The notes: generated by a model not told the origin, from the letters alone. A stretch of DNA of 64,000 bases from Octopus sinensis (GCF_006345805.1 NC_043002.1:44888001-44952000); one strand, 5' to 3'; shown: positions 14,373 to 26,320, counted from the first letter of the stretch. A program made the numbers and translations.

Positions 14373-14819
14373 AATTTATAAAATTGTAAATTGTATTTTC
14401 TTCTTCAAGTTTAGTCTTGAAACTTTTTACACACGTACACATGCATAAAGTCCTTCATTCGAATTGGTTTCAGTTATTCTTTAAGAGTAGGTTCGTGTAA
14501 AAAAACTATGTGTGTGCATGTATTTCTTCGGGGGTGCATGAATGTACAATTATGTGTATATGCGTTTGTTTTTATATGGATATATATGTGCCTGTGTGTC
14601 AGTGAGTAAACAATAGTGAATATAATGAAGGATTATAAGTTTATATTCATGTATATTATGAATTGTTACATTTATAAATTGTTAATATTTTTTTATCAAA
14701 TACATATCAAACATAAATAAAATACATATATTTCCATCAGATAAACAAAAATGTTCTTTTCTTTTTCTCTACTTTTCCGTTTACTGCACTTTAACAATAA
14801 AGTTAATTATTTTCTTTAA

Positions 14820-15010
14820 CAGAGCAGAATCGTTAGTGTACTGCACACACAAAAATCTTAGTGGCATTTCGTCCTTCTTTACGTTCCGAGTTCAAATTCC
14901 ACCGAGGTTGTCTTTGCCATTTATCCTTTCGGAGTCGATAAAATATAAGGCTGATGTAATCGTCTTGACCCCTGCTCCGAAATTGATGGCCTTGTGCCAA
15001 TATTTCAAAC
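14820..15010 (+). mobile_element. SINE family B
   Basis: GCAGAATCGTTAG head, GAGTTCAAATTCCACCGAGG, ATCCTTTCGGAGTCGATAAAAT, GGCCTTGTGCCAA tail. Confidence 0.75.
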
Positions 15011-15401
15011 CAACAATAACGCTAACACTGTACAAAGCTTACGTTTAAAAAATAGTCCTAAAACGCACATAACTGGGTTGAATGTTCTACGTTTGAAGTT
15101 AGACGTGAAATTTTTTGAATGAACGCTAAGTTATGAACGTTTGCATTTATCTAAAATCTCTGGTGTATTAAGTTGTATATTATCAATTTGTCTTGCATAA
15201 TTTATTATATCATAAACTGAGCTGTCGCCTGCTTTTATATAATTTTGTGTAGCATAAATGTTGATTAGCGCTTTTAACGTTATATTTCGTATAAGTTTAT
15301 AGTTTTGTCGGAAATAACTAGTAGACTAGTGCTATTTTGAATTTTGCGATTTCTCTTCTAGCATGTTTTAGCATGTATCTCTCTCTCTCTCCCTCTCTCT
15401 T

Positions 15402-15432
<31 letters not shown>

Positions 15433-15458
15433 CTCTCTCTCCAGTTCTCTCTCTCTCG

Positions 15459-15490
<32 letters not shown>

Positions 15491-15500
<10 letters not shown>

Positions 15501-15858
15501 GGCAGTTTGTCTGTGCGTGTTTCTGTGTGTCTGTTTGCTTGTACCCTCACCCTGACCACGGCTTTCAACCGATTCTGATGAACCTTGACACACACATAGC
15601 CCAATGTCATAATTCAAATCTAACGCAGCGAAAATTTTGAAAAGTTCCCCCAGTTCTGAAAAAAATCGATAAATTCGACATGGGGTCGAGAATCAGATAC
15701 ACGAACCACAAACTGTCTAGGGGACGCAACTCCACCTTTTTTAAATCTAAAAAAAAAATTTACCATCATTTTTTTCCATTTTTTTTGCTATAACTCTCTA
15801 AAAATGCTTTATAGTTATTTCCCTTACAAACCTGAGCAACGCCGGGCGATACTGCTAG
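15491..15858 (+). mobile_element. non-autonomous Helitron-like element
   Basis: 5' ATATATAAACGGCAGTTTGTCTGT with (GT)-rich stretch; 3' imperfect hairpin CCTGAGCAACGCCGGG followed by CTAG|T; no TSD; sits in (TA)n. Confidence 0.7.
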
Positions 15859-16179
15859 TATATATATATATATATATAACGTTTAATGTACACTGTATTA
15901 AAACAAGAGCTACTAGTAATACGTAATTTTTATAACGTGCTTCGTGTTTCCAAGCCATTTCCAGTTTCTGGGTACATGGTTTGTTCAATTTGAGAACAGG
16001 ACGTTGGTGCACGAGAAAAAGCGAGAAGTTGGATGCCTAAAGTCAATTGAGAAGACAAAGGGTGAATAAAAACGGAATATGGGGAAAGAAAAGAAAATTA
16101 GAGTTATGTCCCCTTTTATCAAAGAAAACATAATTAAACTAGCTGGTGTAGAATAATTCAACGGAAAGGAGTTCAAAGT

Positions 16180-16650
16180 TTGTGGGACGGGTACTCAATC
16201 CAGAGAGGTTGTTGTCCTCCAGTTCGACAAAACAAATTGGTCATATATTTGCATTTACTGAAAATTTCAGATCTGAAATTAAGTAGTGTGATGGAATTCT
16301 TGGATCTAAAAAAATGTACGATCTTTCAGCCACTCATCAGTTGCATCTCTAAGGTCCATTTATATATCGCATAGACTTCTCCATGATTTTCCACTTGATT
16401 ATATATGGTGTGCAGTTGGACTTGAAACGCCAACTTAGTGGCTTTACTTTGTCGATGTATCAGAAATGCTGGTGACTTCCATAAATCTGTTAAAAAAACC
16501 TTCGCATAAGACGATGTTAATTCTCTTTTCTGTTACAATATCTTGAAGCGTTGCAGTGACTTCTACCTTATAGAGGAAAGGGTGGTATCCCCTAAATGGA
16601 GGACACTTCTGGATTAAGCAGCTGTTTCTCAAACTTTTCAGAACCAATCA
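16180..16650 (-). mobile_element. Penelope-like element (PLE) C-terminal GIY-YIG endonuclease remnant
   Basis: Minus frames give CP..LYKVEVTAT..EKRINIVLCEGFF (decayed GIY-YIG), NCTPYIIKWKIMEK and TLLNFRSEIFSKCKY, matching the C-terminal pattern I recall for PLEs with a C-terminal endonuclease; cut off by the LINE at 16652. Confidence 0.65.
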
Positions 16651-16651
16651 C

Positions 16652-17910
16652 CAAAGGCCTTTGATAAAGTCGATCATGGAATGATATGTCACAAACTGCG
16701 TGATCTTGGCATAGTTGGAAAATTGGGAGAATGGCTTCATGACTTTCTGAAGAATAGACGTCAGGTGGTAGCAGCCAATGGGGCCACTTCCATTAACACA
16801 CAAATAGTGAGCGGTGTTCCGCAGGGCACTGTTTTGGGACCACTACTGTTCATAATAGCCCTCTCAGACATGCCCTCAGACACGCAGAGAGCCACGATCA
16901 CAAGTTATGCAGATGATACAAAAGTTTCACAGGCAATACAGAACCCTGAAGACACTAAGCACCTGCAATGTGAGCTGGACGAAATATACAAGTGGGCTGA
17001 AAAGAATAGCATGCAGTTCAATGCTGAAAAGTTTCAAGCTCTATACTATCAGCATGCAAAACTAAATGCAATACCCAATGAATACACTGGACCCGGAGGA
17101 ATAGCAATCACAGAGGCACAATCAGTGCGTGACCTGGGTATTTACATGAGCGATGATGCAACCTTTCGTGTTCATGTTGCTAAATTGGCAATGAAATGTA
17201 GACGACTGGCCGGATGGATTCTCAGAACCTTTAGAACAAGAGAACAAGAAACCATGATGGTCCTCTGGAGGACACTTGTCCTAAGCCACTTTGACTATTG
17301 CTCTCAGTTATGGTCACCATCCAGTGTCAAGTTGATCACAGAGCTCGAGGCGATCCAACGTAGCTACACGAAGAAGATAGCCTCTATGCAGAATGTAAGC
17401 TACTGGGAAAGACTCAAGAGATTAAAACTATATTCCTTGGAGCGTAGGCGGGAAAGATATGCCATAATATACATCTGGAAGATCCTGGAGGGACGTGTCC
17501 CAAACTTTGGCATCGAGAGTTACACAAATGCCAGAACTGGGCGCCACTGCGTGGTGTCTAGGACTCCAAATTTGCCATCAAGATGTAGGACAAGATACTG
17601 TGATAGCCTGGGCTTCCGTGGCCCACAGCTCTTCAATATCCTCCCGAAGAACCTGAGAGACCTGCATGGGGTGGATGCAGATGTCTTTAAAATGGAACTG
17701 GATCTCTTCCTGTCAGGTGTCCCAGATGAACCAACTTCACGGCAGGAGGTGCAGATGAGGGCAGCTGCATCGAACTCTCTCATGCACCAATTGGCAGTTG
17801 CTAAAAAGCTTTCGTGAAGTAAAACCAAGTAGCAACACCAAATGGCGGTGCCCCAGCATGGCCACAGCTCATGATCTGAAACTAGAATCAATCAATCAAT
17901 CAATCAATCA
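16652..17910 (+). mobile_element. 5'-truncated CR1-group LINE (RT C-terminal half, 3' UTR, (ATCA)n tail)
   Basis: KAFDKVDHG..SGVPQGTVLGPLLF..SYADDTK..RDLG; 3' UTR stem-loop 17844-17882; tandem (ATCA)n tail 17886-17910. Confidence 0.9.
16681..17817 (+). CDS. LINE reverse transcriptase, uninterrupted 378-aa C-terminal portion (no true start)
   Basis: ORF track; RT motifs SGVPQG.VLGP and YADD. Confidence 0.85.
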   Translation: MICHKLRDLGIVGKLGEWLHDFLKNRRQVVAANGATSINTQIVSGVPQGTVLGPLLFIIALSDMPSDTQRATITSYADDTKVSQAIQNPEDTKHLQCELDEIYKWAEKNSMQFNAEKFQALYYQHAKLNAIPNEYTGPGGIAITEAQSVRDLGIYMSDDATFRVHVAKLAMKCRRLAGWILRTFRTREQETMMVLWRTLVLSHFDYCSQLWSPSSVKLITELEAIQRSYTKKIASMQNVSYWERLKRLKLYSLERRRERYAIIYIWKILEGRVPNFGIESYTNARTGRHCVVSRTPNLPSRCRTRYCDSLGFRGPQLFNILPKNLRDLHGVDADVFKMELDLFLSGVPDEPTSRQEVQMRAAASNSLMHQLAVAKKLS

Positions 17911-17934
17911 TATATATATATATATATATATATA

Positions 17935-18906
17935 TTTAAAAACACTAAATAAATAGGTATAAGAATTAATATCTATCGTAACTTATATCTGTCAATATAC
18001 ATAAAAATGATATAATGGCGGGAATTATATGTTAATGGAAGGAAAACTTTTCAGCCCCAAAATTAAAGAAAGGTGCAAAAATATTAGAACCAATGAACAA
18101 TACACTATGAAGATTTACAATCACAATCACTAGTCCTCTACAAAACCAGTCAATAACAATAATAATAACAACGATCAAACTCAAAATAATAACAATATCT
18201 AAATAATATTGATAAACAAACTAAGTTACTAAGTTCAACGATTAAATTAATCTATCTGGATTTTAAATGTATTAATATGTTTTAGCGTTTAATTAATATA
18301 CCCAATACTATTACTATTCCTGAATAATACAATCAAAAATTGGAAATAGTTCAAATATACACAAATCCATTATATAAACTAATTATATTAATATCTATGT
18401 ATAATATCTATAGATATTACACAATAAAAAAGGTTAAACATAAAACTGATATTAAAATAAACACTAGTTTACTTAAATATAATACTACTAAATAAAAATA
18501 TTATCTAATTATTAAAAGAAATATAGTCTAACAAAACTAGTTCTCAAATTAAATAATATGTAAAACGTTAAATTTCTATATAAAAAGTAAAAGACATCAT
18601 ATCAAATATCGAACGTAAAAGGTTACTATCAAGAAACTATAAATAAATGATAATATTACAACAACAATAATAATAATAACTTCAAAAGAAAATGATTCCA
18701 AATTCAAATGAAATAGATAAACGATAAAATGTCTAACTTATCTTTGCGAAGCAAAAAAGTAACTGAACTTTAAATTTAAAATAGTTAAAGCGTTTAAAAA
18801 ATTATTATTATTGTTGTTGTTATTATTATTATTGTTGTTGTGATATTATTTATTTATAGTTTCTTGATATTGGATATGATATCTTTTAATTTTTATATAG
18901 AAATTT
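17935..18906. repeat. extremely AT-rich element with internal imperfect inverted repeat; family unassigned
   Basis: 18570-18678 is the approximate reverse complement of 18800-18906; region bounded by (TA)n on both sides. Confidence 0.5.
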
Positions 18907-18929
18907 ATATATATATATATATAATATAT

Positions 18930-19025
<96 letters not shown>

Positions 19026-19217
19026 CAGAGAGAGAGAAAGAGAGTAATGTTATAAGACACCAATGTTTACTGGAGATAGCAGTCGATTTACGACGCTATG
19101 GTAAAGCTTCAATGTGTATATACTGGCAAAGACGTGTGAGGGCAGCGAACATAAAAAAAAATTCTGGCTTACCTCTAGGAGGAGCATTAGATAAATGGAC
19201 AAACCAGAATCGGATAA

Positions 19218-19287
19218 TCTGGTACCTAGGTTTCGGACTCTTCAAATACATTTGTTATTGTAAATTTGATAGTTTTCTTCAGCTAGA
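19218..19287 (-). ncRNA. degenerate type I hammerhead motif with extended stem II
   Basis: Minus: TCTAG | CTGAAGA | AAACT..TCAAAT TTACA..TGTA TTTGA..AGTCC | GAAA | C CTAG G | TA | CCAGA. Confidence 0.5.
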
Positions 19288-19558
19288 TTTACCTGGACAA
19301 TATTTCAAATGTTGCTACATCAATACCAGTATACTTGCCTGAACGCCTACTCGTTAACAGACCGAGAACAGTGGAAAAATGTTCAATGCAAAATAAAATA
19401 TTGCAATACAAATGTATTACTTTCCAGTAAAATAAAGCAATGTAAATGTAGAAGTGTATATATATACATATATACACCCACACACACACACATATATACT
19501 ATTTTATTTGTTTCAGTCATTTGACTGAGGCCATGGTGGAACACAGCTACTGCCACTC

Positions 19559-19596
<38 letters not shown>

Positions 19597-19610
19597 CTAC
19601 ACACACACAC

Positions 19611-19650
<40 letters not shown>

Positions 19651-20420
19651 CAGTTTTATTTCAATATTTCAATACCTTTTGTCAACAGAGAAAGAACCTG
19701 TTTCTTACCTAGATCAAAGATTTGGATTTGTAGTCTTCGAATTGGCTTTCTCCTTTTCTCCTTTCTCGCTTTGAGAAGCATAATTTCTCAAGATTGGTTC
19801 TTGGGCAGTATATTAACCCATCATAGTGCTCCAGTTATTACTGGTATAACGATTTTGCCTGATTGCAACCTTAATACATATATGTAATGTCATATAAATA
19901 TAAAAAGTTAGGATTACATGCCTATGCACATATAAGTAACAAAACACACACAGACTACCCTATACAGCCCTCTACATATAACCACGCCCACAAACACACA
20001 CACCACACACACACACATATATATTTTTTTTCTTTACCGACCAGACCATCAGATGTTGTTACACATCGCTGGTCACAATGCGTTCGCATTGTTTTTAGCC
20101 TTCGAATGACGCCACCCCACTGGCTAAGCGAGCAGGCCATTATATATATATATATATAAGACAAACGTATATAATGGTCATTATATATTGCTTTATTGTA
20201 CTAGAATTTCACTTACAGCTGTTTCCCATAGCCATTGTAGGTTCGTTATTGATTGGTTTACTCAATCAGATCATTGACGCAACCAAGGATTGCAATAAAG
20301 AATGGTGAAAAACTATAACCTGGGATGCTGCCACAAGAATATGCAGAGTTCTTTACTAATCTACACGATATTGTATTTTGACTAGATTGATAACCGCCCA
20401 CTAATAACCGTATATATATA

Positions 20421-20454
<34 letters not shown>

Positions 20455-20463
<9 letters not shown>

Positions 20464-20735
20464 TATTCGAGACAAAACCACTATTTTGCAAAACAAACAA
20501 GGAAAGACTTAATCAATACATAAATTTTAATAAATAGTCAAAAGAACCGCCACTACAATCGTTTCTTGTCTTGATCGACAATCTTCAGGTGGACTTCCAA
20601 TAATTCAGTGTCAAATTATGAAGTATTATATAATATTTTATAATATTTTATAATATTTTATAATATTTTACTATAAAATCGATTTAATCCTAAATCTGAT
20701 TTTTTCCCTGTAAATTTGGATTTATTCCCTAATAT
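20455..20735 (-). mobile_element. about 280 bp non-coding HHR-bearing element in (TA)n (PLE terminal-repeat-like)
   Basis: Bounded by (TA)n on both sides; contains the hammerhead at 20550-20592. Confidence 0.55.
20550..20592 (-). ncRNA. type I hammerhead ribozyme motif
   Basis: Minus: CCAC | CTGAAGA | TTGTC-GATCAA-GACAA | GAAA | C-GATT-G | TA | GTGG; all three stems pair. Confidence 0.7.
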
Positions 20736-20742
20736 TTATTAT

Positions 20743-20783
<41 letters not shown>

Positions 20784-20869
20784 ATATATATACACTCATA
20801 TATATAAATGCAAGTGTGCATAAAAATACACATGCGTAAAGATATGCTCGTACACAAAATGTATACATA

Positions 20870-21463
20870 TAATTTGACATGGGCAATTCTTCCTTGCCTT
20901 GGGATTCACGGTCAAACGGCTGGGTGGAATTGCGCGAAAAATTACACAGATGTGTAGAATGATCCGGTGGTGTTGCTGGACTTTGTATTTTTCACAGCTG
21001 CCATGGTTACCGAGATAATCTACTATAATAATACTCTTCTGTTTATGAATGAAAAAGGAAGGGGTGATAGATGAATAAGGAAGGAAGGGGAGATGTCATA
21101 CTTGGTATTGGGATGATTAAAATTGTGCGCTGAAAAATTAAATCATACAGCGTTTCAACTCTGTGTGAATATATGTGTGTGTATGTAAAAGGAGTTATGT
21201 GAATGTGTGTGTGTTTGCGCGCAATGGTAGTGGGATGGTTCATCTTTGTTCTCTTAGTATTTGGGTTTTTTTTTTGATTTGGTTGAATCTTGTTTGTTTT
21301 TTGTTTTTTGTTGATCAGTGATTGTTAGCGTTTTGACAGAAAAAAGTCATTCTACAATTGTTTTTTGACGTAAGCGTGCACAAACAAGTCGAATGCTTAC
21401 ACAGACCAGGTTTTACAGCCACACCGCCCAAACCGACCGGGTGAAACCGGGCTTAGCTGCTAG
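20870..21463 (+). mobile_element. non-autonomous Helitron-like element
   Basis: 3' hairpin CCGGGTGAAACCGGG then CTAG|T at 21460-21464; AAACGGCTGGGTGGAATT 5'-type motif; 5' boundary approximate. Confidence 0.55.
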
Positions 21464-21791
21464 TGCGCATATAATTCCGTATGTTTATATACATGTACAC
21501 ATATATAAATATATAAGACCTAGAAATAGTGATATTATCAAGTATAAGGTTGATTAATTGAAGGCGTAAATCAAATATATCAATATTTAATATTATCTAA
21601 TAGAGTGCAATAAATATATTCTTCACAAAAAATATTATACTATAAGAGGGGAAATGAACAAATCCAAGACAGAAGTGACTTGCCAGTTAGAAAAGAAATT
21701 TTATGAATTTAAAAACACATTATAATTAAATGTTAATAGCATTAACTTAAAGTATTAGGTATAACTGAATCCTATAGTCAATTTATTACAT

Positions 21792-22440
21792 ACTAGTATA
21801 CCCGTGCCGTCAAAAATGACAGCATGAAAAGGATACGGAAAATAAAATTAAAATAAAATCATTACAACCGTTATCTCAGCAATTGCTTCAACACCACGTT
21901 TCTAGTGAAAACCAAGGCAGCAATGAGTGCGCCTTGTTTGGGATGGTCCATTTCTGTATTAATTCATTCTTCCATTCTTCTCCTCGATGTTCTTTCTCTT
22001 TCGATTTCTCTCGTTTCTACTACTTCCTCTTCCGTTTCATCTTGTCGCCTTTGCAATGCTCTCATTCTTAGATATTCTCTCCTCACTGCTGCTTGCTCTT
22101 CTGTTTCGTCTTGGCGCTCTTGTACTGCTCTCTCTCTCTCTCTCTCTTTCTCTGGATAGCTCTCCTTTGTGCAATTAGGTACACCTTTTCATTTTGACGT
22201 CTTCGAGCTGTCTTCTTGCGTCTTACGCTCGTCTCTCTTGTCTCACTCCTTGTGGTTGATTTAATAACCTTAATGTATTGTTTAATCTTCTTGCGTCTTG
22301 TTCTTCCTTTGCAACTTTTTGAGCAGAAAAATATTCCATAGAGATACAGTCAAACGTCCATAGAGATACAAAAAAATTATTTTGAAGTGCAAAGATCTTA
22401 TTTACTTATCTTATATATTGTTATTAATGTTTACTAGAAA
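21792..22440 (-). mobile_element. Helitron derivative retaining the start of a RepHel-like ORF
   Basis: ACTAG terminus plus hairpin TGCCGTC-AAAAA-TGACAGCA at left; minus strand encodes RQDETEEQAAVRREYLRMRALQRRQDETEEE, resembling the charged repeats at Helitron RepHel N-termini. Confidence 0.55.
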
Positions 22441-22569
22441 AAATCACCGTTCATCGAATAAAAATGAAAATGTTATTGTTGAGAGAGAGAGAGAGAGTGT
22501 GTGTGTGTGAGAGAGAGAAATAGAGAGAGAGTGAGAGAGGGGGAGAGAGAGTGTGTGTGTGTGCGTCTG

Positions 22570-22570
<1 letters not shown>

Positions 22571-22660
<90 letters not shown>
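22571..22660. repeat. (GATA)n microsatellite
   Basis: Directly visible. Confidence 0.95.
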
Positions 22661-22661
<1 letters not shown>

Positions 22662-23080
22662 GAGGCAGCGTTCATCAATAAAGTGAAAAGGTTTTTGTGG
22701 AGAGACAGAGAGCGAGAGGTGCTATTTCATACTACACCCTCTCTCATTGCTATTACCATTTTGTCTCTTCTCTATTTTTACTCTTACTTTTTCTGCTACT
22801 CCCTTATTACATGATTTTGGACAAACTTACAAAGAAGCTCGTTCTTATAATAGAAGCTTATTTATGTATATATTTTGCTTCTGTATTATTTACTAGTATC
22901 AATGACTTTATTTACTCTTTTATATACTCATTGTTGTATTTATGTATATCTACTACCAAATGATCTATTTCTTCAAATTCACATATTTTATGGCTATATA
23001 TATGTATGTACGCACCTACAGACATACATATACACACATATATATGTGCGTATATACGTAGGTTTGTGTACAAGTAAGTA

Positions 23081-23150
<70 letters not shown>

Positions 23151-23161
<11 letters not shown>

Positions 23162-24256
23162 GTTAAAAAAAAACACAAACTGGGACAAGAACGTGAAACA
23201 TTTTGAAGACGACAAAAAAACACAGTCATCAGTCATCAGTCAAGAACCAGATCATCTTCGCAATTTCGGCTGATTAATCTTGAGATTGCTCCAATCTGGG
23301 CAGCCCGCCAAGGGAAATCTAAGCCAGTCGCATTAGATTCCTTGGAAGAAAATCTCGAAAGTATACAACACGGTGACGGAAAAACGGACGATGTTACTCG
23401 AAAAAAATTCAAAAATACGTAAAAATAATAACGATAGCACCGATAAGAATACAAAATAACGTAAAAACAATAATAACAAAACCAGGACGTCAGGACAAGC
23501 ATCTTTCGACAGGACGAGTTGAGTATAGGCTGGCTGTGGAACAAAGGCCTGAAGGCAAACGGAGAACAAACAAATACGTGTTGTCACACTAACTACTTGA
23601 TGCGAAAAGGCAGTAGTAGCTAGCTGGTCACGTGAGCACAAAAAGGAGAAAGGGACAGATGAAGTGAGAAGCAAGAGCGGGAAAGAGACAGGTCAAGTGG
23701 GGTATAAGGTCTGAGAGGCAGAGAAATGTGGGAGAGGAGGGACGGAGGGAGAGAGAAAGAAAGAAGGGGAACAAGGGAGGAGAAGAAAAAGAGGGAAAGA
23801 GACAGAACAAGGGGAGTGCAAAGGGTGAAGGCAGAGAAAAGTAGGAGAGGGGGGAAAAAGAGACAGTGTAGTCGAGTCGTACCAATGTTAGAGAGTAATA
23901 TACTTACAGTATAGGGTCAAAAGGTAGGATACGTAGCCGCCGTGTATATATGTAAACGTTAAAAAAAAACACAAACTGGGACAAGAACGTGAAACATTTT
24001 GAAGACGACAAAAAAACACACAGACGGGACTTTCGAAGCTCTCAGTCATCAGTCAAGAACCAGATCATCTTCGCAATTTCGGCTGATTAATCTTGAGATT
24101 GCTCCAATCTGGGCAGCCCGCCAAGGGAAATCTAAGCCAGTCGCATTAGATTCCTTGGAAGAAAACCTCGAAAGTATACAACACGGTGACGGAAAAACGG
24201 ACGATGTTACTCGAAAAAAATTCAAAAATACGTAAAAACAATAACGATTGCACGGA
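23151..24256. mobile_element. non-coding element with about 300-bp direct terminal repeats (23151-23445; 23947-24256) around a 500-bp purine-rich core, in (TA)n
   Basis: Near-identical repeats seen directly; the two minus ORFs 23236-23544 and 24049-24279 share translation; (TA)n on both flanks. Confidence 0.75.
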
Positions 24257-24522
24257 TATATATATATATATATATACATATATTTACATATATATTGGAA
24301 TACATATATGTATACATAAACTTATATATGCATATGCTGTCGGGCCCCACTGCTGATATTGGGGATTGCGCTCTATACCTTGCATAGGACGGGGCTCGCC
24401 TATTTGGGGTTGAATATGAATAGAATGCCTGGTGCGTGTTTTGTTGTAGCCACCCACTCCTAAAATAATGGGGAATGGGCTTGGGTATATGTATGTATAT
24501 AAACATATATATATATACATGT

Positions 24523-24604
24523 GGAGACGCAATGGCACAGTGATTAGGGCAGCGGACTCGCGGTCGTAGGATCGCGGTTTCGATTCCCAGACCGGGCGTT
24601 GTGA

Positions 24605-24606
<2 letters not shown>
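24523..24606 (+). mobile_element. tRNA-like SINE head (third family)
   Basis: Box A TGGCACAGTGATT, box B GGTTTCGATTCCC; no full cloverleaf or CCA; followed by TG/TA microsatellite. Confidence 0.7.
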
Positions 24607-24648
<42 letters not shown>

Positions 24649-24650
24649 TG

Positions 24651-25512
24651 CACGAGGTCTGAGGAATAAGTATCCGTACTGTTGCCATAATAACGAAGCT
24701 AAAGCATACAGAAAGCCGCAGGGCGAAGATTGACCTTGAACCCTACTGTGCATGCACTCTAGGTTTTAACGTTCTAGCTCACTTCCGTTGTTTGCAGTAG
24801 GTCTTGGAATGAAGGTGTGTAGTGTGATCGTCACATTGGCCATGACAGAGAAAGTTGTCATGGTGATACCCGCTTAGAGGCCTGCGCAAATTTGCAGAAA
24901 TTGAATGGAGAGAGGTGAATGAATTGCACACAAATATACGAGTGATTCAAACGTTTCCAAGATGGCCGAAAAATGTCGATATTGACGAGAGTTCTGTGAG
25001 ACCCGCAACCAGCAGAACCAAAAAAGACATCTCAGATGTGTGCAGCTGTGAGTAGAAACCGTCGAATCACCATCCGGGAGTTATCGGAGGATGTGCAAAT
25101 TAGTTACAGTTCAGTTCAGTCCATTATCACTGAAAATTTGGGTATGAGAGGCGTGTCTGCCAGGTTTGTGCCAAAACTGCTTTCAGCTAACCAAAAAGAC
25201 ACTCGGGTTTCAGTTGTACAAGATCCTCCTGATTGTGTCGAGAGCGATGAAAACTTTACGTAGGCCTTTGAACAGGTGTCGCCAAGCTTTTGGCAAAATT
25301 TGATGCAGATTCTCAACTCAACTTTGTGATGGTCAACGCTACAGACCTTCCTTTCAAGCACTGCTGTAAACAGAGGAAATGAGCTGGAACGTTAAAACTT
25401 AGTGCACATGCACAGCAGAGGTCACGGTCAATCTGTTCCTAGCAGCGTTACTCTGCGTGCTTTAGTGTCGTTACTATGGCAACACTCCGGATACTTGTTG
25501 ATCAGACCACGA
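24651..25512. mobile_element. mariner derivative with long inverted ends and partial transposase
   Basis: CACGAGGTCTGAGGAATAAGTATCCG..TTGCCATAATAACGA / inverse at 25450-25512; + strand YEWFKRFQDGRK and RITIRELSE..SARFVPKLL (mariner HTH, WVPREL-like). Confidence 0.8.
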
Positions 25513-25539
25513 ATTATATTATATCACATATATATATTT

Positions 25540-25611
25540 GTATTATATGTATATAAATATATATATATAATATATTATATATATATCCTCTACTTTGTAT
25601 GTATACACATG

Positions 25612-25643
<32 letters not shown>

Positions 25644-25699
25644 ATATATATATATAATATATATATATATATATAATATAATATATATATATATATATA

Positions 25700-25741
<42 letters not shown>

Positions 25742-26005
25742 CATATATTATCAATGGCTGGTTTTACTCCCTTCACCTCACCTGCATTAGCACCACTCAA
25801 CACCCACGTTTACTCTTATATTCCTATTGTAATGTATTTGTGACAGTTCTAATATCCTTACTTCTCAATATGAAACAATAACGAATTTCTTTTAAATTTT
25901 GTCTTTTACACACATATATGAATGTTTATATATGTAGATATTTTGACATGTTTTTTTTTATCAGCATATTGGAATGTGTGTCTGTATTTGTGTGTATATG
26001 TATGC

Positions 26006-26070
<65 letters not shown>

Positions 26071-26227
26071 ATAATATATATATAGTATATATATATATAT
26101 TGTGTGTGTGTGTTATATATATATATATGTATATATATATATGTGTATGTGTGTGTGTATATATATATATATGTGTGTGTGTGTGTATATATATATATAT
26201 GTATATATATATGTGTATGTGTGTGTG

Positions 26228-26320
<93 letters not shown>
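25540..26320. repeat. large compound (TA)n/(TG)n microsatellite field
   Basis: Directly visible; a unique-looking spacer lies at about 25745-25990. Confidence 0.9.

Noticed and set aside
15570-15595. CTGATGA resembling a hammerhead core
   Set aside because: No stem II or GAAA in register; it lies in the usual CCGATT.TGATGAA motif of non-autonomous Helitrons.
20215-20260. GAAACAGCTGTA (minus) resembling HHR stem III; a similar motif lies at 34930-34965
   Set aside because: CUGANGA core and stem I not recoverable; at most fossils.
24523-24606. Possible true tRNA gene
   Set aside because: Boxes A and B are present but there is no complete acceptor stem or T-run terminator, and it runs into a microsatellite; it is a SINE head.
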